64,000 bases of DNA from Mycobacteriales bacterium (GCA_038235705.1 JBBSTR010000003.1:10650-74649); one strand, 5' to 3'; positions 45,808-53,433 are shown, counted from the first letter of the stretch. Made by a program: numbers and translations. Notes: generated from the sequence alone by a model not told the origin.

Positions 45808-46650
45808 TCAGCCGTGCGCCGCCAGCTCGTGAGGCAGCACGACGGACCGGTCGGTCGCCGAACGCACCACTTCCGCGGACAGGTCGTGGACCTTGCGTCC
45901 GTTCGCTCGAGCGACCTTGCGAAGCCGCTCGAAGGCCTGTCGCGGGCTGCAGTGCTGACGCTCGGTCAGGACCCCGATCGCCTGCTCGACCAGCACCCGC
46001 GCGGTGAGTGCGTGCTGCAGCTGGGCGACTGACAGGCGCAGCTGGCCGACCTCGTCCAGGGTGTGGTCGGCACGGGGTGGCCTTGAGGTCGGGGGTGCCT
46101 GCTCGGCCAGCAGGTCGGCGAGCACCATCGCGGTGGTGAGGTCGTCGGTGCCACGCCCGTCGACCTCCCAGCCGCTGGCGCTGCGGCGCACGACGACACC
46201 CTGCTCGGTGAGCGAGGACAGCTGGGTCGACACCACCTCGGCGAGCCGGGACAGCACGCTCACCGCCGCTTCGTCGACCTCCACCGGTCCGCGGTCCAGG
46301 CCGCACAGCGTGGCGACGACCTTGCCGTCGGCGTCGCGGACCGGGACGCCGACGTAGGACCGGATGCCGAGCGCCGACCGGACCGGTGCACCGGAGTACG
46401 CCGGGTCGTGCTCGGCGTCCGCGGTCGAGGACGGAGCGCCGTCGAGCATGCGGTGGCACATCGAGTCGGCCCGGGGGGACCGAGCGCCTTCGACCAGCTC
46501 CGGCCAAGGCTCGCCGACCGCCTGCACCCGGGAGAAGGTGAAGGTGTCCTCGGTGAGGCCCCCGATGAACACCACTTCCATGCCGAGCAGGCCCGCTGCG
46601 GCCGAGAGGACCGCGTCCAGCCCGGGGTGGTCGAGGACAGCGGTGCTCAC
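45808..46650 (-). CDS. GAF-ANTAR RNA-binding response protein
   Basis: N-terminal GAF-like region. C-terminal ANTAR helix pattern ARVLVEQAIGVLTERQHCSPRQAFERLRKVARANGRKVHDLSAEVV. Confidence 0.8.
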   Translation of the reverse strand: MSTAVLDHPGLDAVLSAAAGLLGMEVVFIGGLTEDTFTFSRVQAVGEPWPELVEGARSPRADSMCHRMLDGAPSSTADAEHDPAYSGAPVRSALGIRSYVGVPVRDADGKVVATLCGLDRGPVEVDEAAVSVLSRLAEVVSTQLSSLTEQGVVVRRSASGWEVDGRGTDDLTTAMVLADLLAEQAPPTSRPPRADHTLDEVGQLRLSVAQLQHALTARVLVEQAIGVLTERQHCSPRQAFERLRKVARANGRKVHDLSAEVVRSATDRSVVLPHELAAHG

Positions 46651-46710
46651 GGTGGTCGGGTCTCCTGCAGGTCGGGGTCGAGGACAGGTCCAGTGTGCAC
46701 GCCCGGACGA

Positions 46711-46956
46711 TCAGGCGGCGAGGCGCTCCTTGACCTGCGCGAGGCTCGGGTTGGTGAGCGCGGTGCCGTCGGCGAAGACCACGGTCGGCACGGTCTGGTT
46801 GCCGTTGTTGACCTTCATCACGTAGTCGGCGGCCTCTGGCTGCTGCTCGATGTCGACAACGGTGTAGTCGATCCCCTCGCGGTCCATCTGCTTCATCAGC
46901 CGGTGGCAGTATCCGCACCACGGGGTGCTGTAGATCGTCGGCAGGGTCTGGGTCAC
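46711..46956 (-). CDS. Mycoredoxin / glutaredoxin-like protein
   Basis: Active site WCGYC. GTG 46956 follows AAGGAG-N7. Adjacent to uvrD2, as in mycobacteria. Confidence 0.8.
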   Translation of the reverse strand: MTQTLPTIYSTPWCGYCHRLMKQMDREGIDYTVVDIEQQPEAADYVMKVNNGNQTVPTVVFADGTALTNPSLAQVKERLAA

Positions 46957-47042
46957 CGCGGGTCTCCTTGCTTTTGAGGTGGCAGTCCACAGTCGCAACG
47001 CCTTCTGGCACCCGCAGGCTTCCCGGCTGGGACACTGGCGGG

Positions 47043-49097
47043 ATGGACGCCGAGGAGCTGCTGGACGCGCTGGACCCCGAGCAACGCGAAGCGGCCCGCG
47101 CGGTCACCGGGCCGGTCGTCGTGCTCGCCGGGGCGGGCACCGGCAAGACGCGCACGATCACCCACCGGGCGGCGTACGCCGTGCAGTCCGGCGTCGTGCC
47201 TGCCTCAGCCCTGCTGGCAGTGACCTTTACGGCGCGGGCGGCCGGCGAGATGCGTACCCGGCTGCGTGGTCTCGGGGTCGGCGGGGTGCAGGCTCGCACG
47301 TTCCACGCCGCGGCGATGAAGCAGCTCGCCTACTTCTGGCCGCGGGCGGTCGGCGGCGCTCCGCCGGAGCTGCTGACCAACAAGTTCTCCCTGGTCGCCA
47401 ACGCGGCGTCCCGCGCCCGCCTCAAGCCCGGGACCTCCGAGCTGCGCGACCTGCTCAGCGAGCTCGAGTGGGCGGCCAGCTCGCTGGTCGGCCCGGGAGA
47501 CTATGCGCGCGCCAGCGAGAAGGCGGGTCGCACCCCTCCGTACGCCCCGGGGGAGGTGGCGCTCGTGCTCGAGGAGTACGCCGAGCTCAAGCAGCGCCAA
47601 CACCTCGCGGACTTCGACGACATGCTCCTGCTCACGGCGGGGATCCTGACCGAGCACGCCGGGCTGGCCGAGGAGTTCCGGGCGCGTTATCGCAGCTTCG
47701 TCGTGGACGAGTACCAGGACGTCACGCCGCTGCAGCAGCAGCTGCTCGACGCCTGGGTCGGGGACCGGCAGGACCTGTGCGTGGTCGGCGACGTCAACCA
47801 GACGATCTACTCCTTCACCGGCGCCACGCCGGACTACCTGGTCGGCTTCCGGCAGCGGTTCCCCGGAGCCACAGAGGTGCGGTTGGTGCGTGACTACCGG
47901 TCGACCCCGCAGGTGGTCGGGCTCGCGAACACGGTGATCGCCCGGGCCACCGTCCGGGCCGCCCGGCTCGAGCTGGTGGCGCAGCGTCCGCCCGGCCCGG
48001 CGCCGGCGATGTCGGAGCACCTCGACGAGCCGGCCGAGGCGACCGCGGTCGCGCAGCGAATCCGGACGCTGGTGGCCGGCGGCACCGCGTACAGCGAGAT
48101 CGCGGTGCTTTATCGCATCAACGCGCAGTCCGCCGCGTACGAGACCGCGCTGGCCGACGCCGGCGTCCCCTACCTGATCCGCGGTGGTGAGCGGTTCTTC
48201 GACCGCAAGGAGGTCCGACAGGCGGTGCTGCTCCTGCGCGGCGCGGCCCGGTCCGCCGACGACGCGCCTGCCGCCCTGGCCGACGAGGTCGCCGACGTGC
48301 TGGTCGCGGGCGTCGGCTGGCAGCGCGATGCCCCGGCCGCCGGGACCGGCGCCGTGCGGGAGAGGTGGGAGTCGCTCGCGGCGCTGCACCGGCTCGCGGT
48401 CGAGCTTTCCGCGGCCGAGCCGACGGCGACGATGGTGCGGCTGGTCGCCGAGCTGGAGGAGCGGGCCTCAGCGCAGCACGCGCCGACGGTCGACGGCGTC
48501 ACCCTCTCTTCCCTGCACTCGGCCAAGGGGCTCGAGTGGGATGCGGTGTTCCTCGTCGGCCTGGTCGACGGCACCCTGCCGCTGGTGCACGCGGACACCC
48601 CGGAGCGGGTCGAGGAGGAACGACGGCTGCTCTACGTCGGGGTGACGCGCGCACGGGAGCACCTGTGGTTGTCCTGGGCGCTGGCCCGCTCGCCGGGCGG
48701 TCGGGCGAGCCGCAAACCGTCCCGGTTCCTGGACGGGCTGGTCCCCGGCGGGGTGAGCAGGCCTGCTGCGCAGGCCAAGCCGGGCAAGAAGACCCCGGTC
48801 TGCCGGATCTGTGGTGCCGGGCTGCTGGACGCGACCGCCAAGAAGCTCGGACGCTGCGAGAGCTGCCCGTCCGACCGGGACGACGTCCTGTTCGAGGCGC
48901 TGCGGGAGTGGCGCGGGGCGAAGGCGAAGGAGCTGAGCATGCCGGCGTACATCGTGTTCACCGACGCGACCCTCGGCGCCCTGGCCGAGCGCAAGCCGAC
49001 GTCCGTCGCGCAGCTCGTCGCGATCCCCGGGATCGGGCAGAGCAAGCTCGACGCGTACGGCGAGGACGTGCTGCGCCTGGTCGGCGAGCACCCCTAG
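47043..49097 (+). CDS. uvrD2: ATP-dependent DNA helicase UvrD2 (UvrD core, tetra-Cys module, HRDC domain)
   Basis: AGAGTGKTRT, VDEYQDVTP, CRICG...CESCP and a C-terminal HRDC region (AYIVFTDATLGALAERKP...IPGIGQSKL). Confidence 0.85.
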   Translation: MDAEELLDALDPEQREAARAVTGPVVVLAGAGTGKTRTITHRAAYAVQSGVVPASALLAVTFTARAAGEMRTRLRGLGVGGVQARTFHAAAMKQLAYFWPRAVGGAPPELLTNKFSLVANAASRARLKPGTSELRDLLSELEWAASSLVGPGDYARASEKAGRTPPYAPGEVALVLEEYAELKQRQHLADFDDMLLLTAGILTEHAGLAEEFRARYRSFVVDEYQDVTPLQQQLLDAWVGDRQDLCVVGDVNQTIYSFTGATPDYLVGFRQRFPGATEVRLVRDYRSTPQVVGLANTVIARATVRAARLELVAQRPPGPAPAMSEHLDEPAEATAVAQRIRTLVAGGTAYSEIAVLYRINAQSAAYETALADAGVPYLIRGGERFFDRKEVRQAVLLLRGAARSADDAPAALADEVADVLVAGVGWQRDAPAAGTGAVRERWESLAALHRLAVELSAAEPTATMVRLVAELEERASAQHAPTVDGVTLSSLHSAKGLEWDAVFLVGLVDGTLPLVHADTPERVEEERRLLYVGVTRAREHLWLSWALARSPGGRASRKPSRFLDGLVPGGVSRPAAQAKPGKKTPVCRICGAGLLDATAKKLGRCESCPSDRDDVLFEALREWRGAKAKELSMPAYIVFTDATLGALAERKPTSVAQLVAIPGIGQSKLDAYGEDVLRLVGEHP

Positions 49098-49137
49098 CTT
49101 TTAATCCCTTGCCTGATCTGGACAGGGCTGGCAGGGT
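49096..49137 (+). promoter_or_regulatory. Candidate whiB7 promoter: AT-rich box abutting a -35-like TTGCCT, and CAGGGT 17 nt downstream
   Basis: AGCTTTTAATCCC is the most AT-rich spot noticed in the window. TTGCCT lies at 49109-49114 and CAGGGT at 49132-49137. Confidence 0.4.
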
Positions 49138-49185
49138 CACGTCCGACAGGCACGAACGCGACGACAGAGGCAGGAGGTGGACACC

Positions 49186-49293
49186 ATGACGATCTTCATG
49201 AGTGACCCAGCTCGCTCCCGGACGGCAGCCACCCCCTTGGGTGCACCGTCCCTCGACGTCTCGGTCCCGCCCCTGGTGCGGTCCCCGGTCTGA
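49186..49293 (+). CDS. Upstream ORF (35 codons) in the whiB7 leader
   Basis: AGGAGG (49172-49177), 8 nt, then ATG. Peptide MTIFMSDPARSRTAATPLGAPSLDVSVPPLVRSPV. Stop TGA 49291-49293, 20 nt before the terminator hairpin. Confidence 0.55.
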   Translation: MTIFMSDPARSRTAATPLGAPSLDVSVPPLVRSPV

Positions 49294-49312
49294 CCTGACC
49301 GGCGCCCCACCA

Positions 49313-49356
49313 GGCCGCGGACCCGACCACCGGGCTCCGCGGCCTCTCTCGTTTCC
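49313..49356 (+). terminator. Leader attenuator: 13-bp GC hairpin followed by a T-rich tract upstream of whiB7
   Basis: GGCCGCGGACCCG-accac-CGGG(C)TCCGCGGCC, then TCTCTCGTTTC. Located 57 nt before the whiB7 start. Confidence 0.65.
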
Positions 49357-49413
49357 CGAGAAGGTCGCGCCGCCCGGGCCCTGCCCGTCCGACCGCTCGC
49401 AAGGAGCATCACC

Positions 49414-49680
49414 GTGTCATCGCCCGAGGCTGTCACCCAGCCTGTCCTCGACCCGCCCTGCTGGGACGCCCCGGACCTCTGGTTCGCCGAGTCCCCGACG
49501 GACGTCGAGAGCGCGAAGGCGTTCTGCTCGCCCTGCCCGTCGCGGGAGACGTGCCTGCTCGGGGCGCTCTCGCGCCGTGAGCCGTGGGGCGTCTGGGGCG
49601 GCGAGCTGCTCGTCGACGGCGTCGTCGTCGCCCGCAAGCGGGCCCGCGGCCGACCCCGCAAAATCCCCGTCCCCGTATGA
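49414..49680 (+). CDS. whiB7: WhiB-family Fe-S transcription factor with C-terminal AT-hook (WhiB7)
   Basis: Four Cys (C...CSPCPSRETC), the GVWGGE turn and AT-hook RGRPRK. GTG 49414 follows AAGGAG-N7. Confidence 0.85.
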   Translation: MSSPEAVTQPVLDPPCWDAPDLWFAESPTDVESAKAFCSPCPSRETCLLGALSRREPWGVWGGELLVDGVVVARKRARGRPRKIPVPV

Positions 49681-49702
49681 CCGACCAGGAAGGAGGAACG
49701 TC

Positions 49703-49873
49703 ATGAGCCTGTACACGCCCGAGCTGCACCTGCAGCTGTCCCGCGAGCGGCTGACCGCATCAGCCGGTCAGCAGCTGACGGTGCGGTTGCTCCGCTCGCA
49801 GCGCTCGCGTGCCCGCGCCGTGTCCGCGACCCGGCGCGCGCAACGCCTGACCGCGTCGGTGCAACCGGTCTGA
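49703..49873 (+). CDS. Small Arg-rich hypothetical protein (56 aa)
   Basis: GGAAGGAGGA SD, 5 nt, then ATG 49703. Peptide MSLYTPELHLQLSRERLTASAGQQLTVRLLRSQRSRARAVSATRRAQRLTASVQPV. The stop is 1 nt from the convergent gene's stop. Confidence 0.45.
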   Translation: MSLYTPELHLQLSRERLTASAGQQLTVRLLRSQRSRARAVSATRRAQRLTASVQPV

Positions 49874-49874
49874 G

Positions 49875-50675
49875 TCAGAAGAGCACGACCAGCGCCGAGC
49901 CGTCGTCGGCGGTGAGGGCAGCGATCAACGTCACGAGCAGGCCGTACGCCGTGACGAAGACCGCCCCGCCGGCGACGAGCGCGAGCATCTGCGGGGCAGG
50001 TTCCCCGGCCCGGCGCAGCTCGATCAGCCGGACCGCGGCGACCGCGGCGAGCCCGGCGACGGCCAGCACCGTCAGCAGCAGCAGGACCACCACAGCGCTC
50101 CGTGGATAGCTGCCGTTCTCGGTGAGCGACACCCCGAGGGCCGGCAGCGTCTTGACCAGGGCGAGCCCGGTGACCACGCCGGCGCCGACCAGCTCGACCG
50201 GCCAGGAGCGGGTCACGTCGGCGAAGGACCGGCCGGCGGGCTTGCCGGGGCGCGGCCGGGCGGCGTCGAGCCGGGTCGTCCGTTGCTCAGCTGGGGTTGG
50301 TATCGGCGTCGGCGCTGCGGGTGGCCCCGGCGGCGTCCTGGCCGTCGTCGGCGATCCCGGCGGTGTGCTTGTCGGCGGTGTCTCGGCCGCGCTCCAGTGC
50401 TGGTGCGGACGGCTCGGGCGGGGCTCGTCCTCGGCTGTCGGTGCGAGCTGGCGAGCGAACGGTGATGTCACCGGTCTGGGCGTCGCCCCCCGAGCAGCAC
50501 GGGGGCGCGACAGCACCTCGGTGTGGGCCGCCGCACCGTCGTCGTCCTTGAGGGCAAGCCCCGGCTCTCCGCGCAGAGAGTCCTCACGCACGGCCGCCGC
50601 GCGCGCGGGCTCACCGCAGAACGGGCAGAAACTGCTGCCCGCGCGGACGTCCTGCCCGCACCTCGTGCACTGCAC
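49875..50675 (-). CDS. Zinc-ribbon protein with Pro-rich linker and C-terminal multi-TM region
   Basis: GTG 50675 follows GGGAGGG-N6. VQCTRCGQDVRAGSSFCPFCG zinc ribbon. Hydrophobic helices at the C-terminus. Confidence 0.65.
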   Translation of the reverse strand: MQCTRCGQDVRAGSSFCPFCGEPARAAAVREDSLRGEPGLALKDDDGAAAHTEVLSRPRAARGATPRPVTSPFARQLAPTAEDEPRPSRPHQHWSAAETPPTSTPPGSPTTARTPPGPPAAPTPIPTPAEQRTTRLDAARPRPGKPAGRSFADVTRSWPVELVGAGVVTGLALVKTLPALGVSLTENGSYPRSAVVVLLLLTVLAVAGLAAVAAVRLIELRRAGEPAPQMLALVAGGAVFVTAYGLLVTLIAALTADDGSALVVLF

Positions 50676-50776
50676 GTCGCACCCTCCCGTCGCTCCGGCC
50701 TCGTCCTCCGGTCGCACCTTAGCCAGCGGGACCTCTGGCCCGGGCTCTGTCGGTACCAGGCAGCAGACTGCCAGGC

Positions 50777-51577
50777 ATGGGTCCACGTCGGTCGTCGTCC
50801 AGGACGGCGTGGGGGGCTCCCCGGCAAGGTGAGCGTTACGCGGGGCTGTTGCTCGCCCTGATCGGCGTCGGGCTGCTGGTGCTTCTCGCCCGCACGGGCG
50901 CGGACCCAGATGTCTCTTCCGTCGGCGCAGGGGCCCCGCACGCTGTCTCGGTCACGCCCCCCGACCTGGTGCCGCCGAGCCTGCCGTCAGGTGGTCCGGC
51001 GCTGGTCGCGTTGGCCGGGCTCGGTGTCCACGGACGCGCGTCCGCCACCGGGTACGACCGGCAGATGTTCGGTCCGGCCTGGGCTGACGTTGATCGGAAC
51101 GGCTGCGACACGCGCAACGACGTGCTCGCCCGAGACCTCAGCGACCGTGAGGTGCGCCCTGGCACACGTGGATGCGTGGTCATCGCAGGGACGCTCGCCG
51201 ACCCGTACGGCGGAGTGGTCGTCCCGTTCCTCAAGAAGGACGCCGTGCAGGTGCAGATCGACCACGTCGTCGCCCTCGCGAACGCGTGGGTGACCGGTGC
51301 GCAGACGTGGGACGCCGAGCGGTTGCGGGAGTTCGCGAACGACCCGGGCAACCTGCTTGCGACCCAGGGTCGGTTGAACCAGCAGAAGCGCGCGGGGGAC
51401 GCAGCCACGTGGCTGCCGCCGGCCAAGGGGTTCCGGTGCGCCTACGTCGCACGACAGGTGGCGGTCAAGGCGGCGTACGGGCTGTGGGTGACCCCGCCCG
51501 AGCGTGACGCCGTGGCGCGCGTGCTCGGCGGATGCCCGAACGAGCCGCTGCCCCCGGTGACTGGTCCCGCCGACTAG
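50777..51577 (+). CDS. DUF1524/HNH-type nuclease with N-terminal signal-anchor (likely extracytoplasmic DNase)
   Basis: TM segment LLLALIGVGLLVLLA. Also GYDRQMFGPAWADVDRNGCDTRNDVL...IDHVVALANAW...NLLATQGRLNQQK. Start codon uncertain. Confidence 0.7.
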   Translation: MGPRRSSSRTAWGAPRQGERYAGLLLALIGVGLLVLLARTGADPDVSSVGAGAPHAVSVTPPDLVPPSLPSGGPALVALAGLGVHGRASATGYDRQMFGPAWADVDRNGCDTRNDVLARDLSDREVRPGTRGCVVIAGTLADPYGGVVVPFLKKDAVQVQIDHVVALANAWVTGAQTWDAERLREFANDPGNLLATQGRLNQQKRAGDAATWLPPAKGFRCAYVARQVAVKAAYGLWVTPPERDAVARVLGGCPNEPLPPVTGPAD

Positions 51578-51580
51578 CGT
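51575..51580 (+). promoter_or_regulatory. -10-like TAGCGT, 6 nt upstream of ATG 51587 (candidate leaderless promoter; TAG is the nuclease stop codon)
   Basis: GACTAGCGT-gccccc-ATG. No SD. Confidence 0.35.
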
Positions 51581-51586
51581 GCCCCC

Positions 51587-52624
51587 ATGACCATGATGCC
51601 TTCCGGGACCCCGGGCAACCCGATGCAGTGCGCCCCGTGCACCTCCGACCTCGCTCTGGTGCGCCAGGCCGTCACCCAGGTGAACGGCACGCTGACCTGC
51701 GCCGCGCACGCTGTCCTGCTCACCCACCCGCACGACAACCCCGGACGTCGTCGCGCCCGGCTCGCACAGCTGCGCCAGCTTGCCGAGAGCAAGACCGAGA
51801 CCGCGTCGCCCGAGGAGCAGCCGGGCCTCGAGCTGCTGATCCACGAATACACCCTGGCCGGTGCCATGGACATGAGCGGCCAGCCGCGTCCGGACGGCTC
51901 CCGCCCCGAGGGTCGTCGGCGCGACGGTCGTGACGGTCGGCCGCAGGGCCAGGGCCAGGGCCAGGGCCAGGGCCAGCCGAACCAGGGACAGGCGAACCAG
52001 GGACAGCCGGGCGAGGGCGACGAAGGCCGTACGGGCAAGCGCCGCGGTGGCCGCGGTCGTGGTCGTGCCCCGGGCGAGCTGCCGGTGCAATCCTCCGGCG
52101 GTCCGGCTGACGCGGCTCCGGCACCCCGTGCGGACGTGGCGCCCGCCGCCTATGCCGCGGGTGAGGGTGGCGCCGTGCGCATCGACCAAGACGTGATCGG
52201 AGGGGCCACCGCCGCGGGCGCACCGCAGTCTGACACCCCGAGCCCGGCTCCCACCACCACGGTCCCAGGTGCCACGAGCGGCTCCGACGCCGCGTCCTCG
52301 CCGTCTGCGTCGGGGGCCAGCACGCCCGCACCCAGTGCGCCTGCCGCCGACGCCGGGACCCCGCCTCCGGCCACCCCAAGCCCGGAGGCGACGCCTGCTA
52401 CGGCTACCCCGACCTCGGCTCCGGTTGCCCCGAGCTCGGAGGCGACTCCGGCTCCGGCGACCCCGACCTCGGCTCCGGTTGCCCCGAGCTCGGAGGCGAC
52501 TCCGGCTCCGGCCACTCCGACGCCGGCAGCGACTCCGGCTCCGGTCGCAGCGAGCCCCGAGAGCACGCCGACCCCGATCTCAGACGCGCCTGCGACATCG
52601 TCGGAGGCCACCCGCGAGGACTGA
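51587..52624 (+). CDS. Hypothetical protein: about 110-aa Cys-containing N-domain followed by long low-complexity Gly/Gln and Pro/Ala/Thr/Ser region
   Basis: 345-aa ORF with G/C third-position bias. Contains in-frame DNA repeats. No recognisable domain. Confidence 0.5.
   Translation: MTMMPSGTPGNPMQCAPCTSDLALVRQAVTQVNGTLTCAAHAVLLTHPHDNPGRRRARLAQLRQLAESKTETASPEEQPGLELLIHEYTLAGAMDMSGQPRPDGSRPEGRRRDGRDGRPQGQGQGQGQGQPNQGQANQGQPGEGDEGRTGKRRGGRGRGRAPGELPVQSSGGPADAAPAPRADVAPAAYAAGEGGAVRIDQDVIGGATAAGAPQSDTPSPAPTTTVPGATSGSDAASSPSASGASTPAPSAPAADAGTPPPATPSPEATPATATPTSAPVAPSSEATPAPATPTSAPVAPSSEATPAPATPTPAATPAPVAASPESTPTPISDAPATSSEATRED
51944..52010. repeat. (CAGGGC)n microsatellite plus duplicated GAACCAGGGACAG unit
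   Basis: cagggc occurs 5 times from 51944, encoding GQGQGQGQGQ, followed by PNQGQANQGQ. Confidence 0.8.
52407..52514. repeat. 54-bp tandem duplication (2 units, 1 mismatch) within a coding sequence
   Basis: 52407-52460 and 52461-52514 are identical except gcga versus gcca at the unit ends. They encode TPTSAPVAPSSEATPAPA twice. Confidence 0.9.
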
Positions 52625-52769
52625 TCGACCCCGACTGAGCCCCCGAACGGTGGAATGACCTACGCGGGGATGCGGTTGACTCAGGGTGCCGACCCGATAC
52701 ATGGCCCCCGGTCCCAAAAAAGTCGCTACGAGCGACACACCGCCGTGAGGCGACCTGACGGGAAGGCAA

Positions 52770-52803
52770 CGAGAGCCGCTCCGGGAGACCGGGGCGGCTC
52801 TCG
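52770..52803 (+). terminator. 15-bp stem with GAGA tetraloop (I-shaped terminator or structured RNA element)
   Basis: CGAGAGCCGCUCCGG-GAGA-CCGGGGCGGCUCUCG with one U-G wobble. No U-tail. Lies 146 nt after the upstream stop and 94 nt before the next start. Confidence 0.4.
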
Positions 52804-52896
52804 TCCGTCCGGCGCGTCCAGGACGCAGGCCAACCCTCGCGAGATCACGACGCCGCAACACCGCACCGCCGACCAGGACTGGACCCGAGGAGGACC

Positions 52897-53184
52897 GTGC
52901 CCGACGCCCCGCGTCCTCGTCGACCGAACATCCTGCCGCCGCACGTCATGTCCGAGCTTCAGGACACGGCTCCGGAGCTCAGCGAGGCTGCCCTGATCGA
53001 TCGCCTCGAACGTGCCCTGGCGGATCTCCCCGCGCTCGAACGGGCCGCCGTCGTCGCGTCGGTCGGTTACGCAGAGGGCCCGGTCGGGGCCGCGATGGAG
53101 GTAGAGCTGGATCCCGAGCAGGCCGAGGCGCTGACCCGGAACGCGCTCCAGCTGCTCCGCGCCGCGCTGACGTCCGAGACCTGA
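52897..53184 (+). CDS. Small sigma-70 region-4-like helix-turn-helix protein
   Basis: GAGGAGGA SD before GTG 52897. LERALADLPALERAAVVASVGYAEG...EALTRNALQLLRAAL resembles an ECF sigma region 4 without region 2. Confidence 0.5.
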   Translation: MPDAPRPRRPNILPPHVMSELQDTAPELSEAALIDRLERALADLPALERAAVVASVGYAEGPVGAAMEVELDPEQAEALTRNALQLLRAALTSET

Positions 53185-53270
53185 CTGTCCCGGCGGCACC
53201 CCGGTCGTGCGAGACCTGCTTCACGGCGGCACCTCGGCGGTCCGAGACCTGATCGTTGCTGCGGCGGCGG
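53176..53270. repeat. Three imperfect 33-35-bp direct repeats (CGGCGGCACC..GAGACCTG)
   Basis: gagacctg at 53176, 53211 and 53244. cggcggc at 53191, 53224 and 53262. The first copy includes the stop codon of the 52897 gene. Confidence 0.75.
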
Positions 53271-53275
53271 AGCCG

Positions 53276-53433
53276 GGGGACGGGCGGTGCACGGGTTCAC
53301 GGAGCGCTCGCTGCGGGTGGTTCTGCGTCCGCCTCGTCCGGCGCGGAGGCCAGGGGACGGGCGGTGCACGGGTTCACGGAGCGCTCGCTGCGGGTGGTTC
53401 TGCGTCCACCTCGTCCGGCGCGGAGGCCAGGGG
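53276..53433. repeat. 77-bp tandem duplication (2 units, 1 mismatch, plus the first 4 nt of a third)
   Basis: 53276-53352 and 53353-53429 differ only at tccGcc/tccAcc. The unit length is not a multiple of 3. Confidence 0.9.

Noticed and set aside
45803-47299. Upstream portion of the 691-aa ORF 45224..47299 (-)
   Set aside because: It overlaps, out of frame, the GAF-ANTAR gene, the mycoredoxin gene and the uvrD2 5' end. Its translation is Arg/Pro/Gly-rich nonsense. Only the 3' 190 codons are plausible.
52655-52996. 113-aa ORF spanning the 52625-52896 spacer
   Set aside because: It is Arg-rich with mixed third-position composition. It overlaps the SD-led start of the sigma-r4-like gene in another frame. 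It has no motif.
53276-53433. Possibility that the tandem repeats are a CRISPR array
   Set aside because: The units are directly adjacent with no spacers, there are only two copies, the unit is far longer than CRISPR repeats, and no cas genes are present in the window.
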